IMG/VR virus record: IMGVR_UViG_3300028041_000098 | Coordinates: 1 to 57,384 of that record | Strand: one strand, 5' to 3' | Length of the DNA stretch: 57,384 nucleotides | DNA from: a virus | Lineage: Duplodnaviria; Caudoviricetes | Shown here: piece after piece, positions 18,515 to 27,769 of the stretch | Position numbering within the stretch: the first letter of the stretch is position 1 | How the letters are laid out: every line of letters starts with the position of its first letter | Position numbers and translations under genes: made by a program | Notes under the pieces: generated by a model | What the model was told of the DNA's origin: nothing | Database searches by the model: none | What the model saw: only the letters and a program-made list of their open reading frames with translations

Positions 18515-18841
18515 ATGCCATTGCCATCCACCACCGTCGGCTTGCATTTGGAGCGACAGGCGGACACCGCCCGTGCGGCGTTCCTCGAGGTCGCCGGGCC
18601 TGCTCGCTCGTTCCAGCGGTCCCTGGAGATCGCGCGGCTGCCGCGCGTCGACTGGCGAGGCCGGCGTCTCTACACCCTGCGATGTCAGGGGACGAGCGGT
18701 AAAGGGCCGCACGACGTGAACGTGCCAGAAGGATTGCTCTGGTCGCTGATCGACCTGCGGATGTTCAGGTGTCCCTATCACGCGCACGACGTCAGCGACC
18801 CGGGGCCCGAGCAGCCTGGCGCGCTGCGAGGGGAGGGCTGA
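18515..18841 (+). CDS. Hypothetical protein
   Basis: GGAG RBS; C...H...CPYH. Confidence 0.6.
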   Translation: MPLPSTTVGLHLERQADTARAAFLEVAGPARSFQRSLEIARLPRVDWRGRRLYTLRCQGTSGKGPHDVNVPEGLLWSLIDLRMFRCPYHAHDVSDPGPEQPGALRGEG

Positions 18842-18846
18842 GGGCA

Positions 18847-19086
18847 ATGAAGCGCCCCCGCATCGTGAAGCCGCGCACGGCGAAGCAGCGCGCGCACGCG
18901 CAGCGCTACAGCGCACGCGCGACGCCGCCAGCGGTCGCGCCGAAGGACACCGGGCTCCCCGCGTACTCCTGGTGGGCCTACGCGCCAGCCGACGGGTTCA
19001 CCACCATCGCGCAGATTCAGTCGCGCCGGATGCGGCGCTCACAGTTTGGTTCCGTGCGGAACCCGACGTTTGGAGATGAAGCATGA
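18847..19086 (+). CDS. Small basic hypothetical protein
   Basis: GAGG RBS, ATGA overlap downstream. Confidence 0.6.
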   Translation: MKRPRIVKPRTAKQRAHAQRYSARATPPAVAPKDTGLPAYSWWAYAPADGFTTIAQIQSRRMRRSQFGSVRNPTFGDEA

Positions 19087-19493
19087 GTACCGAGCAGCAG
19101 GCGAAGTTCGAGGGATGGGCGGTCGTCGAAGTCTTCGGGCACCAGCGGTACGCCGGCTATGTCACGACGGAAGCATTCGGCCAGGCCGTCCTCTTCCGCG
19201 TCGACGTGCCGCCGCTCCAGGAGCGGGAGCGCGTGACGAAGGCATGGGAGTACGTCGACGGCACGCACGTGCCGCCTGGGTCCACGGTGAAGGAGGCGCC
19301 GGTCCAGGGCTACACGAAGCTGTTCGGGGTCGGGGCGATCTACGGCATCACGCCCTGCACGCAGGAGGTCGCCGAGCGCGCCGTCGCCGGCATGCAGCAG
19401 CGGAAGCTCTCGGTCGTGTCGCTCGCCGAGGAACGCTCGCTGCCGGCGCCGGCGTCCGCGGGCGTCGACGAGGAACCGTCGGAGATCTTATGA
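19083..19493 (+). CDS. Phage hypothetical protein
   Basis: WAVVEVFGHQRYAG...FRVDVP...AIYGITPCTQE. Confidence 0.75.
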   Translation: MSTEQQAKFEGWAVVEVFGHQRYAGYVTTEAFGQAVLFRVDVPPLQERERVTKAWEYVDGTHVPPGSTVKEAPVQGYTKLFGVGAIYGITPCTQEVAERAVAGMQQRKLSVVSLAEERSLPAPASAGVDEEPSEIL

Positions 19494-19834
19494 CGATGAA
19501 GACCTTCACGATCGGCTGCCTGGCGTTTCTGGTCGGCGGTGTCATCACTATTCAGTTCAGGCTGGAGCAGATTCGTCGAGGTATCGCAGCCCTGGACGTG
19601 GCTCGGCCCATCACGGCCGTTGCCGCTCAGGCGACGCCACTCGCCACCGAGGCGGACCGCGCGATCGCGCCGCTGGAGATCTCGCGCGACGGGCGCCAGG
19701 TCACGTTCCGCGGACCTGCTCCCGACGACCTCCAGGTCTGCGTCGTGCTGCCGCTCGGGCAGACCTCCAGCGTGAAGTGGCGGGAGTGCTTCACCGTTGG
19801 CGACGTGCGCCGCGGCCGCTTCGGGGTGAAGTGA
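19490..19834 (+). CDS. Membrane-anchored hypothetical protein
   Basis: N-terminal hydrophobic helix; coupled overlaps. Confidence 0.65.
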   Translation: MTMKTFTIGCLAFLVGGVITIQFRLEQIRRGIAALDVARPITAVAAQATPLATEADRAIAPLEISRDGRQVTFRGPAPDDLQVCVVLPLGQTSSVKWRECFTVGDVRRGRFGVK

Positions 19835-20826
19835 TGGCGGAGAACAGCAGCATCGAATGGACGGATTCTACGTGGCCCGTGGTGACCGGCTGCGATTACG
19901 CCTCGCCCGGGTGCGCGAACTGTTACGCCGTCCGTGACGCGCGGCGTCTGAGCCACAACCCGAATCCAAGGGTGGCAGCGGCATTCGCGGGCGTCGTCGA
20001 GCCGACGGCAGCCGGCAAGCTGCGGTGGACGGGGCGGGTGAACTGCCTGGAGGAGCGGCTGGACTGGCCGCTGAAGTGGAAGCGGCCGCGGAAGATTTTT
20101 GTGTGCAACCAGAGCGACCTGTTCCATGAGGACGTTCCGCAAGCGTTCATCATCGCGGTGTTCAACCGGATGGCTCGGGCGCCACAGCACACGTTTCAGG
20201 TGCTGACCAAGAGGCCAGCGCGGATGCGGGAGATGGTGCAGTTGATCGACGCGCTGCGTGGTGGCTCCAGCCTTTACGCGAATTGGCCGCTCCCGAACGT
20301 GTGGCTCGGCGTCTCGGTGGAGAACCAGCGATTCGCCGACGAGCGGATCCCGCTCCTGCTCCAGACGCCCGCGGCGGTGCGGTTCATCTCCGCCGAGCCG
20401 TTGCTCGGTCCCCTCGAGCTGCGCCACGACTGGCTCTATGAATACCGGAACCTGAACCCCGTGAAGGCGATCGTTCCTGCTGGCGCGCCGCTGCCGCGGC
20501 TGTCATGGGTCATCGTCGGCGGGGAGAGCGGCAAGGGCGCGCGGCCGTTCGATCTCGCGTGGGCGCGCTCGATCGTCCAGCAGTGCCAGGCGGCAGGGAC
20601 AGCGGTGTTCGTGAAGCAGCTCGGGGCGAAGCCGCTGGAGTTCTTCCGCCGCCGCCCTGAGGACCCGCAGCACGTCGAAGGATGGACCGCGGTTTACTCC
20701 GGTGATCAGGCGTCGTGGTACCGCTACCTACGGCTGAAGGACAAGAAGGGCGGCACACCAGACGAGTGGCCTCACGAGGGCCTGCGCGTCAGGGAGTTCC
20801 CTGAGGTGGCGCCGTGCCGTCCCTGA
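19834..20826 (+). CDS. DUF5131 / phage Gp37-Gp68 family protein
   Basis: SIEWTDSTW...GCDYASPGCANCYA...SDLFHE...QVLTKRP...NVWLGVSVENQ...WVIVGGESG. Confidence 0.93.
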   Translation: MAENSSIEWTDSTWPVVTGCDYASPGCANCYAVRDARRLSHNPNPRVAAAFAGVVEPTAAGKLRWTGRVNCLEERLDWPLKWKRPRKIFVCNQSDLFHEDVPQAFIIAVFNRMARAPQHTFQVLTKRPARMREMVQLIDALRGGSSLYANWPLPNVWLGVSVENQRFADERIPLLLQTPAAVRFISAEPLLGPLELRHDWLYEYRNLNPVKAIVPAGAPLPRLSWVIVGGESGKGARPFDLAWARSIVQQCQAAGTAVFVKQLGAKPLEFFRRRPEDPQHVEGWTAVYSGDQASWYRYLRLKDKKGGTPDEWPHEGLRVREFPEVAPCRP

Positions 20827-21011
20827 TTCCGTTCACCCCGCGGCCGCCGAAGCCGCGTGAACCGGAGCAGCCGGCGCTCTTCGAGTCCGCCGAGGCCGAC
20901 TGCGTCACGCAGCACGATTTCCAGCCGACGCAGACCGTCTGGCCAGGCGAAACCTTCGAGCGAATGACCTGGACGTGCACCCGGTGCGGCGAAGTGCGGG
21001 GACGGTGCTGA
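20814..21011 (+). CDS. Zn-binding microprotein
   Basis: GAGG RBS; C..H...CTRC. Confidence 0.55.
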   Translation: MPSLIPFTPRPPKPREPEQPALFESAEADCVTQHDFQPTQTVWPGETFERMTWTCTRCGEVRGRC

Positions 21012-21154
21012 TGGCGAAACGAAACGATCCACCACCACAGGTGAAGGTCACCGTCGCGAAGTGCGTCATCCAGGCCAGCTTCGCCGTCGTGTGCCCGCTC
21101 TGTGGTGTGACCGTACCAGCGGGGCAGCTGCACGAGTGTTCGACGAAGAGGTAA
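21011..21154 (+). CDS. Zn-binding microprotein (47 aa)
   Basis: Manual translation; TGATG coupling; CPLC...HEC. Confidence 0.5.
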   Translation: MAKRNDPPPQVKVTVAKCVIQASFAVVCPLCGVTVPAGQLHECSTKR

Positions 21155-21174
21155 TCAGCGAAAGGGGCATAGCC

Positions 21175-21408
21175 ATGGCGTTCTGGATCACGTTCGAAGA
21201 CGGGAAGCGCGGCAGCATCGAAGTTCGACAGGGAGAGGATCCGCGGGCGATCGCCGCCACGTTTGGCGTCGTGAAGACGATCGATCCCCTGCCGTATCCG
21301 GCGACGCCGCAGCTCCGGAGCGTCACGGGCTGTCCGCCCTTCTGCTACTCGCCCCAGACCTGTAAAGGGCGCACCAGCTGTCCGAAGTCGTACGCCTGCA
21401 GCGAGTGA
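21175..21408 (+). CDS. Cys-rich microprotein
   Basis: AAGGGG RBS; CPPFCYSPQTCKGRTSCPKSYAC. Confidence 0.65.
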   Translation: MAFWITFEDGKRGSIEVRQGEDPRAIAATFGVVKTIDPLPYPATPQLRSVTGCPPFCYSPQTCKGRTSCPKSYACSE

Positions 21409-21623
21409 GGGACCGCATGTTCACGAGCGCGAAGTTTGCGGACTACCGATCGCCGGCGTGGGAGCGCTGGCGAGAAGTCGAGCGCGACGGCCGCGGCCAC
21501 GTCCGCTATTGCGGCGGGTGCGGCTTCGCGCACCGCGTCAACAACCACGCGCCGAAGCGGGAGGCCGCGCCCGTGCCGCCCGTCGCAGGCGCGTCACCAG
21601 GAACCCTGCACGTGGACGTGTAG
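21405..21623 (+). CDS. Small hypothetical protein
   Basis: GTGA overlap; CGGC..H...H. Confidence 0.55.
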   Translation: MRDRMFTSAKFADYRSPAWERWREVERDGRGHVRYCGGCGFAHRVNNHAPKREAAPVPPVAGASPGTLHVDV

Positions 21624-21795
21624 GAGGCGACGGGCCGCGCCCACTGGTTGAGGGCGAGCGCGACCCGTCTGAGGCGGACCCGGACACGCGGCGCCAACCG
21701 CGCGCCGGGCCCTGAGCGAGTACAGCGCTGGAGACGACCCAGCACCTTCCCCGCCTGGCGGGACCTATCGGTCCCTGCCGGGCTCAGGTGTAGGC

Positions 21796-23088
21796 GTGTC
21801 CAGCCCTAAAGAAAAACCAGAAAGTCTCGATCTATCGGCACTTACGCCCGATCCCAACAATGCCCGACGGCACAACGCCCGGAACCTCGAGATGATCACC
21901 GACGCACTCCAGGAGGTCGGCGCCGCGCGCAGCATCGTCATCGACGAGGAGGGGACGATCCTCGCCGGCAACGCGACCGTGGAAGCCGCGGCGCGCGCCG
22001 GCATCGAGAAGGTTCTCGTCGTCGACGTCGACGGCCGGACGCTCGTGGCGGTCCGGCGACGGGACCTCGCGCCGGAGCAGAAGGTCAAGTTGTCGGTGTA
22101 CGACAACCGCGCGGCCGAACTCGCCGAGTGGGATCCCGCCGTCCTCGCGCGCCTGCAGCAGGAGTTTCCAGACTTCGACATCCACGCGTTCTGGGACGCG
22201 CGCGAGTTCGACCAGGTCATGGAGGGGCTCGGCGAGAGTGCGCCAGGCTTCACCGACCCAGACGCGATCCCGCCGCTGCGCGGCACCGACATCATGCCTG
22301 GTGACGTCTTCCGGCTCGGCGCGCACCGACTCCTGTGCGGCGACAGCACGAACCCGGCACACGTCGCCGCGCTGTTCGCCGGCGCCGTCCCGTTCCTCAT
22401 GGTGACGGATCCGCCGTACGGCGTGGAGTACGACCCGACCTGGCGCAACCGCGCCGGCGTCAGCGAATCACTGCGCACAGGGGCGGTCGCGAACGACGAT
22501 CGCGCCGACTGGTCCGACGCCTGGCGCCTGTTCCCGGGCGACGTCGCGTACGTGTGGCACGCCGGCATCTACTCCTCGGTGGTGGAGTCGTCGCTGGTGG
22601 CCACCGGCTTCGAGCCGCGGGCGCAGATCATCTGGCGAAAGCCGAGGTTCGTCCTGAGCCGCGGGCATTACCACTGGCAGCACGAGCCCTGCTGGTACGC
22701 CGTGCGCCGCGGCGCCGCCGCGAAGTGGACCGGACGCCGCAATCAATCGACCGTCTGGAACCTGGCGACCTTCCTCCGCTGCAACCACTGCGGCGCCGTG
22801 CTCGCCGAGGCGGCCGACGTTTCTGCCTCGACGGTCTGGGACATCGAGCACGCGGACGAAACCGGCGTGACGCGACACGGCACGCAGAAGCCGGTCGAGT
22901 GCATGGAGCGCCCGCTCCGGAACCACGGCGGCCGCGGCGATGCCGTGTACGAGCCGTTCAGCGGGAGCGGCTCAACCCTCATCGCTGCCGAGCGGCAGCG
23001 CCGTGCGTGCTTTGCCATCGAGCTCACGCCCGGCTACGTCCAGATGGCGATCGATCGATGGGAGCACTACACCGGACAGAAGGCGTAG
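21796..23088 (+). CDS. ParB-like N-terminal domain + beta-class amino (m6A/m4C) DNA methyltransferase
   Basis: HRLLCGDS, TDPPYG, HGTQKPVE, YEPFSGSGSTLIA; no cognate nuclease seen. Confidence 0.93.
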   Translation: MSSPKEKPESLDLSALTPDPNNARRHNARNLEMITDALQEVGAARSIVIDEEGTILAGNATVEAAARAGIEKVLVVDVDGRTLVAVRRRDLAPEQKVKLSVYDNRAAELAEWDPAVLARLQQEFPDFDIHAFWDAREFDQVMEGLGESAPGFTDPDAIPPLRGTDIMPGDVFRLGAHRLLCGDSTNPAHVAALFAGAVPFLMVTDPPYGVEYDPTWRNRAGVSESLRTGAVANDDRADWSDAWRLFPGDVAYVWHAGIYSSVVESSLVATGFEPRAQIIWRKPRFVLSRGHYHWQHEPCWYAVRRGAAAKWTGRRNQSTVWNLATFLRCNHCGAVLAEAADVSASTVWDIEHADETGVTRHGTQKPVECMERPLRNHGGRGDAVYEPFSGSGSTLIAAERQRRACFAIELTPGYVQMAIDRWEHYTGQKA

Positions 23089-23129
23089 AAGGTCGGCGAG
23101 ATCCGCTGACCACAACACAGGAGAGACGT

Positions 23130-23477
23130 GTGAATCGAAAACTCTACGTCGGCAATTTTCCGTTCGCCACGACGGAGCGCGAGCTGCGCGAGGCCTTCAG
23201 CCAGGCGGGCGCCGTCGAGAAGTGCAACGTCGTCAACGACAAGGACACCGGTAGGCCGCGGGGCTACGGCTTCGTCACGATGGCGACCGAGGCGGACGCC
23301 CTGGCGGCGATTCAGCGATTCGACGGCACCGACTTCGGGGGGCGCACCCTCGTCGTCTCGCCGGCGAAGGAGTCGCCGCGGCCGGACGGCACTGGGTCCG
23401 GCCGCCGTGACGATCGCGAGTACCACCGGCGCGAGGACCGGCGCGATCGCCGGTCACAGCGAGAGGCGCGCTGGTAG
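23130..23477 (+). CDS. RRM (RNP-1/RNP-2) RNA-binding protein
   Basis: RNP2 LYVGNF, RNP1 RGYGFVTM, R/D-rich tail; AGGAG RBS. Confidence 0.95.
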   Translation: MNRKLYVGNFPFATTERELREAFSQAGAVEKCNVVNDKDTGRPRGYGFVTMATEADALAAIQRFDGTDFGGRTLVVSPAKESPRPDGTGSGRRDDREYHRREDRRDRRSQREARW

Positions 23478-23480
23478 GTC

Positions 23481-25307
23481 ATGAAGCCGCACACGATCCA
23501 CCTCGGGTACGAGGTCGGGACCGGCGACCCCGTGGCGATCCCGTTGAAGCACCTGGTCATCACCGGCATGACGCAGGAGGCCGGGAAGACCACCGCGCTC
23601 GAAGCGCTGATCTCGCGCGCGCCCGCCCGGGCGATCACCTTCGTGACCAAGCGCGGCGAGGGCGCGTTCGCCGGCGGCCGCCGGATCCCGCCGTTCTTCC
23701 GCGAGCGCGCTGACTGGGTGTTCGTCTCGTCGCTGATCGACGCCACGCTCGGCGAAAAGAACAAGTTGCTGCGCTCCTGGCTGATGAAGGTGTGCCGCAA
23801 CACGTCGACGCTCGCCGAGGTCCTCGTGAACGTCCGCACGGCGAAGGCCTCGGCGCGTGGCTTCTCGGAAAGCATCTACACCGAGATCGAGGGCTACCTC
23901 GAGCTCGTGGTCCCGCAGCTGCGGCGGCTGCCGGCGCACACCTCGCTGACGATCGGCGAGGGCCTGAACGTCATGGACCTCTCGCCGTACAGCACGGAGC
24001 TCCAGGCGCTCGTGATCCGGTCGGTGCTCGAGCACGTGTACGCGCACGAGCGAGACGTCATCACGGTGATTCCGGAGGCCTGGGAGTTCATCCCCGAGGG
24101 CCGTGGGACGCCCGTGAAGCGCGAGGCCGAGGTGCTGATCCGCAAGGGCGCGAGCCTCGGCAACTACGTGTGGATCGACAGCCAGGACCTCGCCGGCGTC
24201 TGGAAGACCGTCGTCCGCGCGGCCGCGGTGTGCCTGGTCGGCGTCCAGCGCGAGGCGAACGAGATCAAGCGCACGCTCGCCAACATCCCTGGTGGCATCG
24301 CAAAGCCGAAGGCGGCCGACGTCGCCACGCTGGAACTCGGGCAGTTCTACGTCTGCCATGGACGGCACGCGGTGAAGACCTACGTGCAGCCGGCGTGGAT
24401 GCCACTGGAAACGGCGCGGCTCATCGCGACGGGCACGGTGACCGTCGCCGACGCGATCAGGTCGCGGGCCTTCGTCAACAAGCTACGGGAGGAGGAGCAG
24501 GTGAATGCAGCAGAAGCGGAACGCATCCGGCAAGAGAGCCAGCAGCTCGCGCGCGACAACGAGACGCTTCGCCGCGAGAACGACGACCTACGGCGACGGA
24601 TCGACGCGCTCGAGAGCAGCCGTAGATCGGCTGATCAGCGACACCAGGATCCTCGGCGCGAGCCTGGTGATCAGTCCGGCGCTGGAGGCAATGACGCCGG
24701 CTCAGCGGCGAGCGCTCGGACGGATCATGCGGCAGGCGGGACGGCTCGCCAGGTGCAGCAGATCGCCGGCGCGACGCCGCTGACGAACGACGCGCTGTAC
24801 GCGGAGCTGCTCGCGCGGCTCGTGCAGGACGCGGCGAAGGATCCCGTGCTGCTCCGCGTGATCGCCACGAAGCCGGAGCTCGAGGTCCTCGTCGAGCGGA
24901 AGATGATCCAGATGGACGGCAGCAGCCTCAAGGGACGCGTCGCGCGGCTGATCGCCGAGGGGTTCTTCCGAGAGCCGCGCACGCAGGGCGCGACGCGCTC
25001 GGAGCTGAAACGTACCGGGCCCGACGTGAACAGCGGGAACCTGTCGCGCGCCTTCAGTGAGTTCGTGCGGGACGGATTCCTGACCGACGAGGGATCGGTC
25101 GGGTACCGCGAAGTCGCGGGGATGAAGACGCTGGGCGACGTGCGGCGGGCGATCCGGTGGCTCTCGGAGCGCGTGTCGGTAGCGGCCCGCTCCATCGAAG
25201 ACGTGCTGCACAACGAGAGGGAGCGAGACGGGCATGTGCGCGTGCTGCAGCAGGCGGCCAACGTCTTGGAGGCCGTAACTGCTGCAAAATCACCGAGTTC
25301 GACCTAA
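23481..25307 (+). CDS. HerA/FtsK-like P-loop ATPase with coiled coil and C-terminal wHTH
   Basis: HLVITGMTQEAGKTT, VITVIPEAWEFIP, IRKGASLG, IDSQ, LELGQFY. Confidence 0.75.
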   Translation: MKPHTIHLGYEVGTGDPVAIPLKHLVITGMTQEAGKTTALEALISRAPARAITFVTKRGEGAFAGGRRIPPFFRERADWVFVSSLIDATLGEKNKLLRSWLMKVCRNTSTLAEVLVNVRTAKASARGFSESIYTEIEGYLELVVPQLRRLPAHTSLTIGEGLNVMDLSPYSTELQALVIRSVLEHVYAHERDVITVIPEAWEFIPEGRGTPVKREAEVLIRKGASLGNYVWIDSQDLAGVWKTVVRAAAVCLVGVQREANEIKRTLANIPGGIAKPKAADVATLELGQFYVCHGRHAVKTYVQPAWMPLETARLIATGTVTVADAIRSRAFVNKLREEEQVNAAEAERIRQESQQLARDNETLRRENDDLRRRIDALESSRRSADQRHQDPRREPGDQSGAGGNDAGSAASARTDHAAGGTARQVQQIAGATPLTNDALYAELLARLVQDAAKDPVLLRVIATKPELEVLVERKMIQMDGSSLKGRVARLIAEGFFREPRTQGATRSELKRTGPDVNSGNLSRAFSEFVRDGFLTDEGSVGYREVAGMKTLGDVRRAIRWLSERVSVAARSIEDVLHNERERDGHVRVLQQAANVLEAVTAAKSPSST

Positions 25308-25330
25308 CGGGAAATTCCGTTCGATTTTTG

Positions 25331-25367
25331 TAGACAAAGCCAAGCGAGCCGACGTATAGTCTGTCTA
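25331..25367 (+). promoter_or_regulatory. Sigma70-like promoter of accessory cassette with flanking inverted repeat
   Basis: TAGACA-18 nt-TATAGT then TGTCTA; AT-rich patch. Confidence 0.6.
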
Positions 25368-25442
25368 TCGACGGCGGGCACGGAGAGCCTGCCACACCAC
25401 AGCGCCCGGTGCGTAGGGCGCCAGAACTCAGGAGACGCTGAG

Positions 25443-26447
25443 ATGACCCACCAGACCGACGCCCTCACCCAGACCCAGCAGACCGCGCTCGAGACCGCCG
25501 CCCGCGAGTGGCTCGCCGGCGAGCCCGAGGGCACGACCCCCGAGATCCTCGACGGCGGGATGTACGACGATCTGATCCGCGAGACCATCGGGCTCCCCGA
25601 GGGATCCAGCATCCCAACCGACGCGTGGCACATCGTGCGGCGGGTCTACGCCGACCTGCGCCGATGGGAACTGATCGAGGGCGGCGACGGCTTCGCCTAC
25701 GCCACGATCGAGGCAGACAGCGTCGAGGACGCGCTGGAGATCGCGCGCGGCAACGTGGATCGCGACCAGTACGACCCCGCAGACGAGCAGTCGACGCTGT
25801 ACATCGACGTCTGCGCGCGCAACATCGTCACCGGCGAGATGGCCCGGGCGACCGTGGTGCTGGAGCCCGAGGCGCCCGAGTGCCTCGCCGGGCAGGAGCA
25901 CGACTGGCAGAGCCCCCACGAGCTCGTCGGCGGGATCAAGGAGAATCCCGGCGTGTGGGGCCACGGCGGCGGCGTCATCATCCACGAGGCGTGCCTCCGC
26001 TGCGGCTGCCGCCGGACGACCGACACGTGGGCGCAGCGTCCCGACACCGGCCAGCAGGGACTCACCGAGGTCCGCTACGAGGCGGACTACTACGACCTCG
26101 ACGAGCTGGGCTACGTCGTCGAGGAGCGCGAGATCCCGACCGTCACGGCCGACCAGCTCACCATCTGCCGCAGCGACCTGGGCGACGGTGGCTGGAGCCT
26201 CCACCGCGGCGACGAGGACGACGTCCTGGCGAGCGGCGAGGCGGAGCAGACGGACGACGGCTGGAGCCGGCCGAACGCCGACGACTACCGCGCCGCGATC
26301 GATGCGAGCCGCGAGTCTCGCTGGATCGTGCTCGACCGCTCGGACTCGACCTACACCGTCGCGCGGGACGAGGACGACGCGCGCGAGATCGCCTATCGCT
26401 GCCGCCTCGGGCACGTCGGCGCCTACGTGTGGCAGGACGCCGAATGA
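25443..26447 (+). CDS. Highly acidic hypothetical protein
   Basis: AGGAG RBS; D/E-rich, no more than one Lys. Confidence 0.85.
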   Translation: MTHQTDALTQTQQTALETAAREWLAGEPEGTTPEILDGGMYDDLIRETIGLPEGSSIPTDAWHIVRRVYADLRRWELIEGGDGFAYATIEADSVEDALEIARGNVDRDQYDPADEQSTLYIDVCARNIVTGEMARATVVLEPEAPECLAGQEHDWQSPHELVGGIKENPGVWGHGGGVIIHEACLRCGCRRTTDTWAQRPDTGQQGLTEVRYEADYYDLDELGYVVEEREIPTVTADQLTICRSDLGDGGWSLHRGDEDDVLASGEAEQTDDGWSRPNADDYRAAIDASRESRWIVLDRSDSTYTVARDEDDAREIAYRCRLGHVGAYVWQDAE

Positions 26448-27517
26448 CCCGCCCACAGTTCGCGCCGCGCGGCTCCCACCGCGCGCGCACGATCCTTACG
26501 GCCGTGTCGCGGGGCTACCCGGACGCATGGACGCAGGTCGATCGGTTCCGGCAGTCCCGCGGGCGGGAGCTGCCGGCGTGGCCCATCTGGTGCTATCTCC
26601 CGTTGCACGGCGCGTACGCGATCGTGAGCGGCGGGGAGGATCGGCGCGTCCCGCTCGATCACATCCACCACGTCGGCATCCTCGGCGCGCTCGCGGCCTG
26701 GCGCGTCACCCAGGGGATCTACCGCTACGACCCGCAGCTCTACGCCGCGCTGCGCGAGACGCCGATGCCGGACGATCTGCCGGTGTCGGTCCTCTACCGG
26801 CTACCCGAGTGGTGCGTCTACCTCGAGACGCCCGGCGAGACTTGGATCGAGGGGCGGCCGATGCACGGCGTCTGGATCCACCTGGAGTGGGACGAGGGTG
26901 GCGCGGACGAGCTGCGGCTCGTGCTCGATACCGCGGAGGATCCATCGGATCCGCTCGACGCGGCCCACGGGCTGATCCCGCTGCCGCTCGTGCTCGGGCA
27001 GGGCTCGATCGCCGACGCGCTCCGGCGCGTCGTCGCCAGTGGCACGATGCGCGCGCAGGAGGCCGGCTACGGGGTCGCCTCGCCTGCCGTCACGGACGTC
27101 GAGCGCCTCTCGGCGTGGCTGTGGCCGATCGTCTCGCTGGCGCTGTACCTGTGTGCGGATGAGCCCGACATCGCCGGCGATCGCCGCCCGCGGCGCCCGG
27201 CGCCGACACGGACGAAGGCGGGATACCGCATCTTTCCGCCGGACCGTCTCACGACGTGGGACGTCGGTGTGCGGATCGGCGCGGCGATCCGTCGGTGGCA
27301 GGAGCGGGACGCACGCGAGGCGCGCGAGGCGACGGCATCAGGTCGCGCGCGGCCGCGGCCCCACATTCGGAGAGCGCACTATCACAGCTTCTGGCGCGGC
27401 CCGCGAGACGAGGCGCGCGCCAGCGAGCGGCAGCTCGTGCTGCGGTGGCTCCCGCCGATCCCGGTGAATGTCGCAGGAGACGATGATGTCGTCACGACGA
27501 TCCACGACGTCGAGTAG
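26444..27517 (+). CDS. AcrVA2/FinQ-like protein
   Basis: AWRVTQGIYRYD, LPEWCVY, LYLCADEPDI, VGVRIG, RPHIRRAHYHSFW, RWLPPIPVN match the motif series I recall for AcrVA2. Confidence 0.8.
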   Translation: MTRPQFAPRGSHRARTILTAVSRGYPDAWTQVDRFRQSRGRELPAWPIWCYLPLHGAYAIVSGGEDRRVPLDHIHHVGILGALAAWRVTQGIYRYDPQLYAALRETPMPDDLPVSVLYRLPEWCVYLETPGETWIEGRPMHGVWIHLEWDEGGADELRLVLDTAEDPSDPLDAAHGLIPLPLVLGQGSIADALRRVVASGTMRAQEAGYGVASPAVTDVERLSAWLWPIVSLALYLCADEPDIAGDRRPRRPAPTRTKAGYRIFPPDRLTTWDVGVRIGAAIRRWQERDAREAREATASGRARPRPHIRRAHYHSFWRGPRDEARASERQLVLRWLPPIPVNVAGDDDVVTTIHDVE

Positions 27518-27769
27518 AATACGCCGATCACAGGAGGAGCCGAATGGAGCTCGACGTGACGATCCAATGCGACGAGGACGGCGCGTTCATCGCGGAGTGT
27601 CCATCGATCCCGGGGTGCGTCAGCCAGGGGGCGACACGCGACGAGGCGCTCTCGAACGTGCGCGCAGCGGCGATCGAGTGTCTCACCGTGCGGCGCGAGT
27701 CGGGTCTGCCTCTCACGATCGAAACCGCCCGTATCACGCTGGACATGTGATCGGAGGATCCACGACGTC
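27499..27769 (+). repeat. 13-bp direct repeat flanking hicB
   Basis: GATCCACGACGTC at 27499-27511 and 27757-27769. Confidence 0.8.
27544..27750 (+). CDS. hicB: HicB-family antitoxin (short, orphan)
   Basis: DEDGAFIAECPSIPGCVSQGATRDEALSNVRAAA; no hicA nearby. Confidence 0.88.
   Translation: MELDVTIQCDEDGAFIAECPSIPGCVSQGATRDEALSNVRAAAIECLTVRRESGLPLTIETARITLDM

Noticed and set aside
21796-23088. Complete restriction-modification system
   Set aside because: No adjacent endonuclease; looks like an orphan phage MTase
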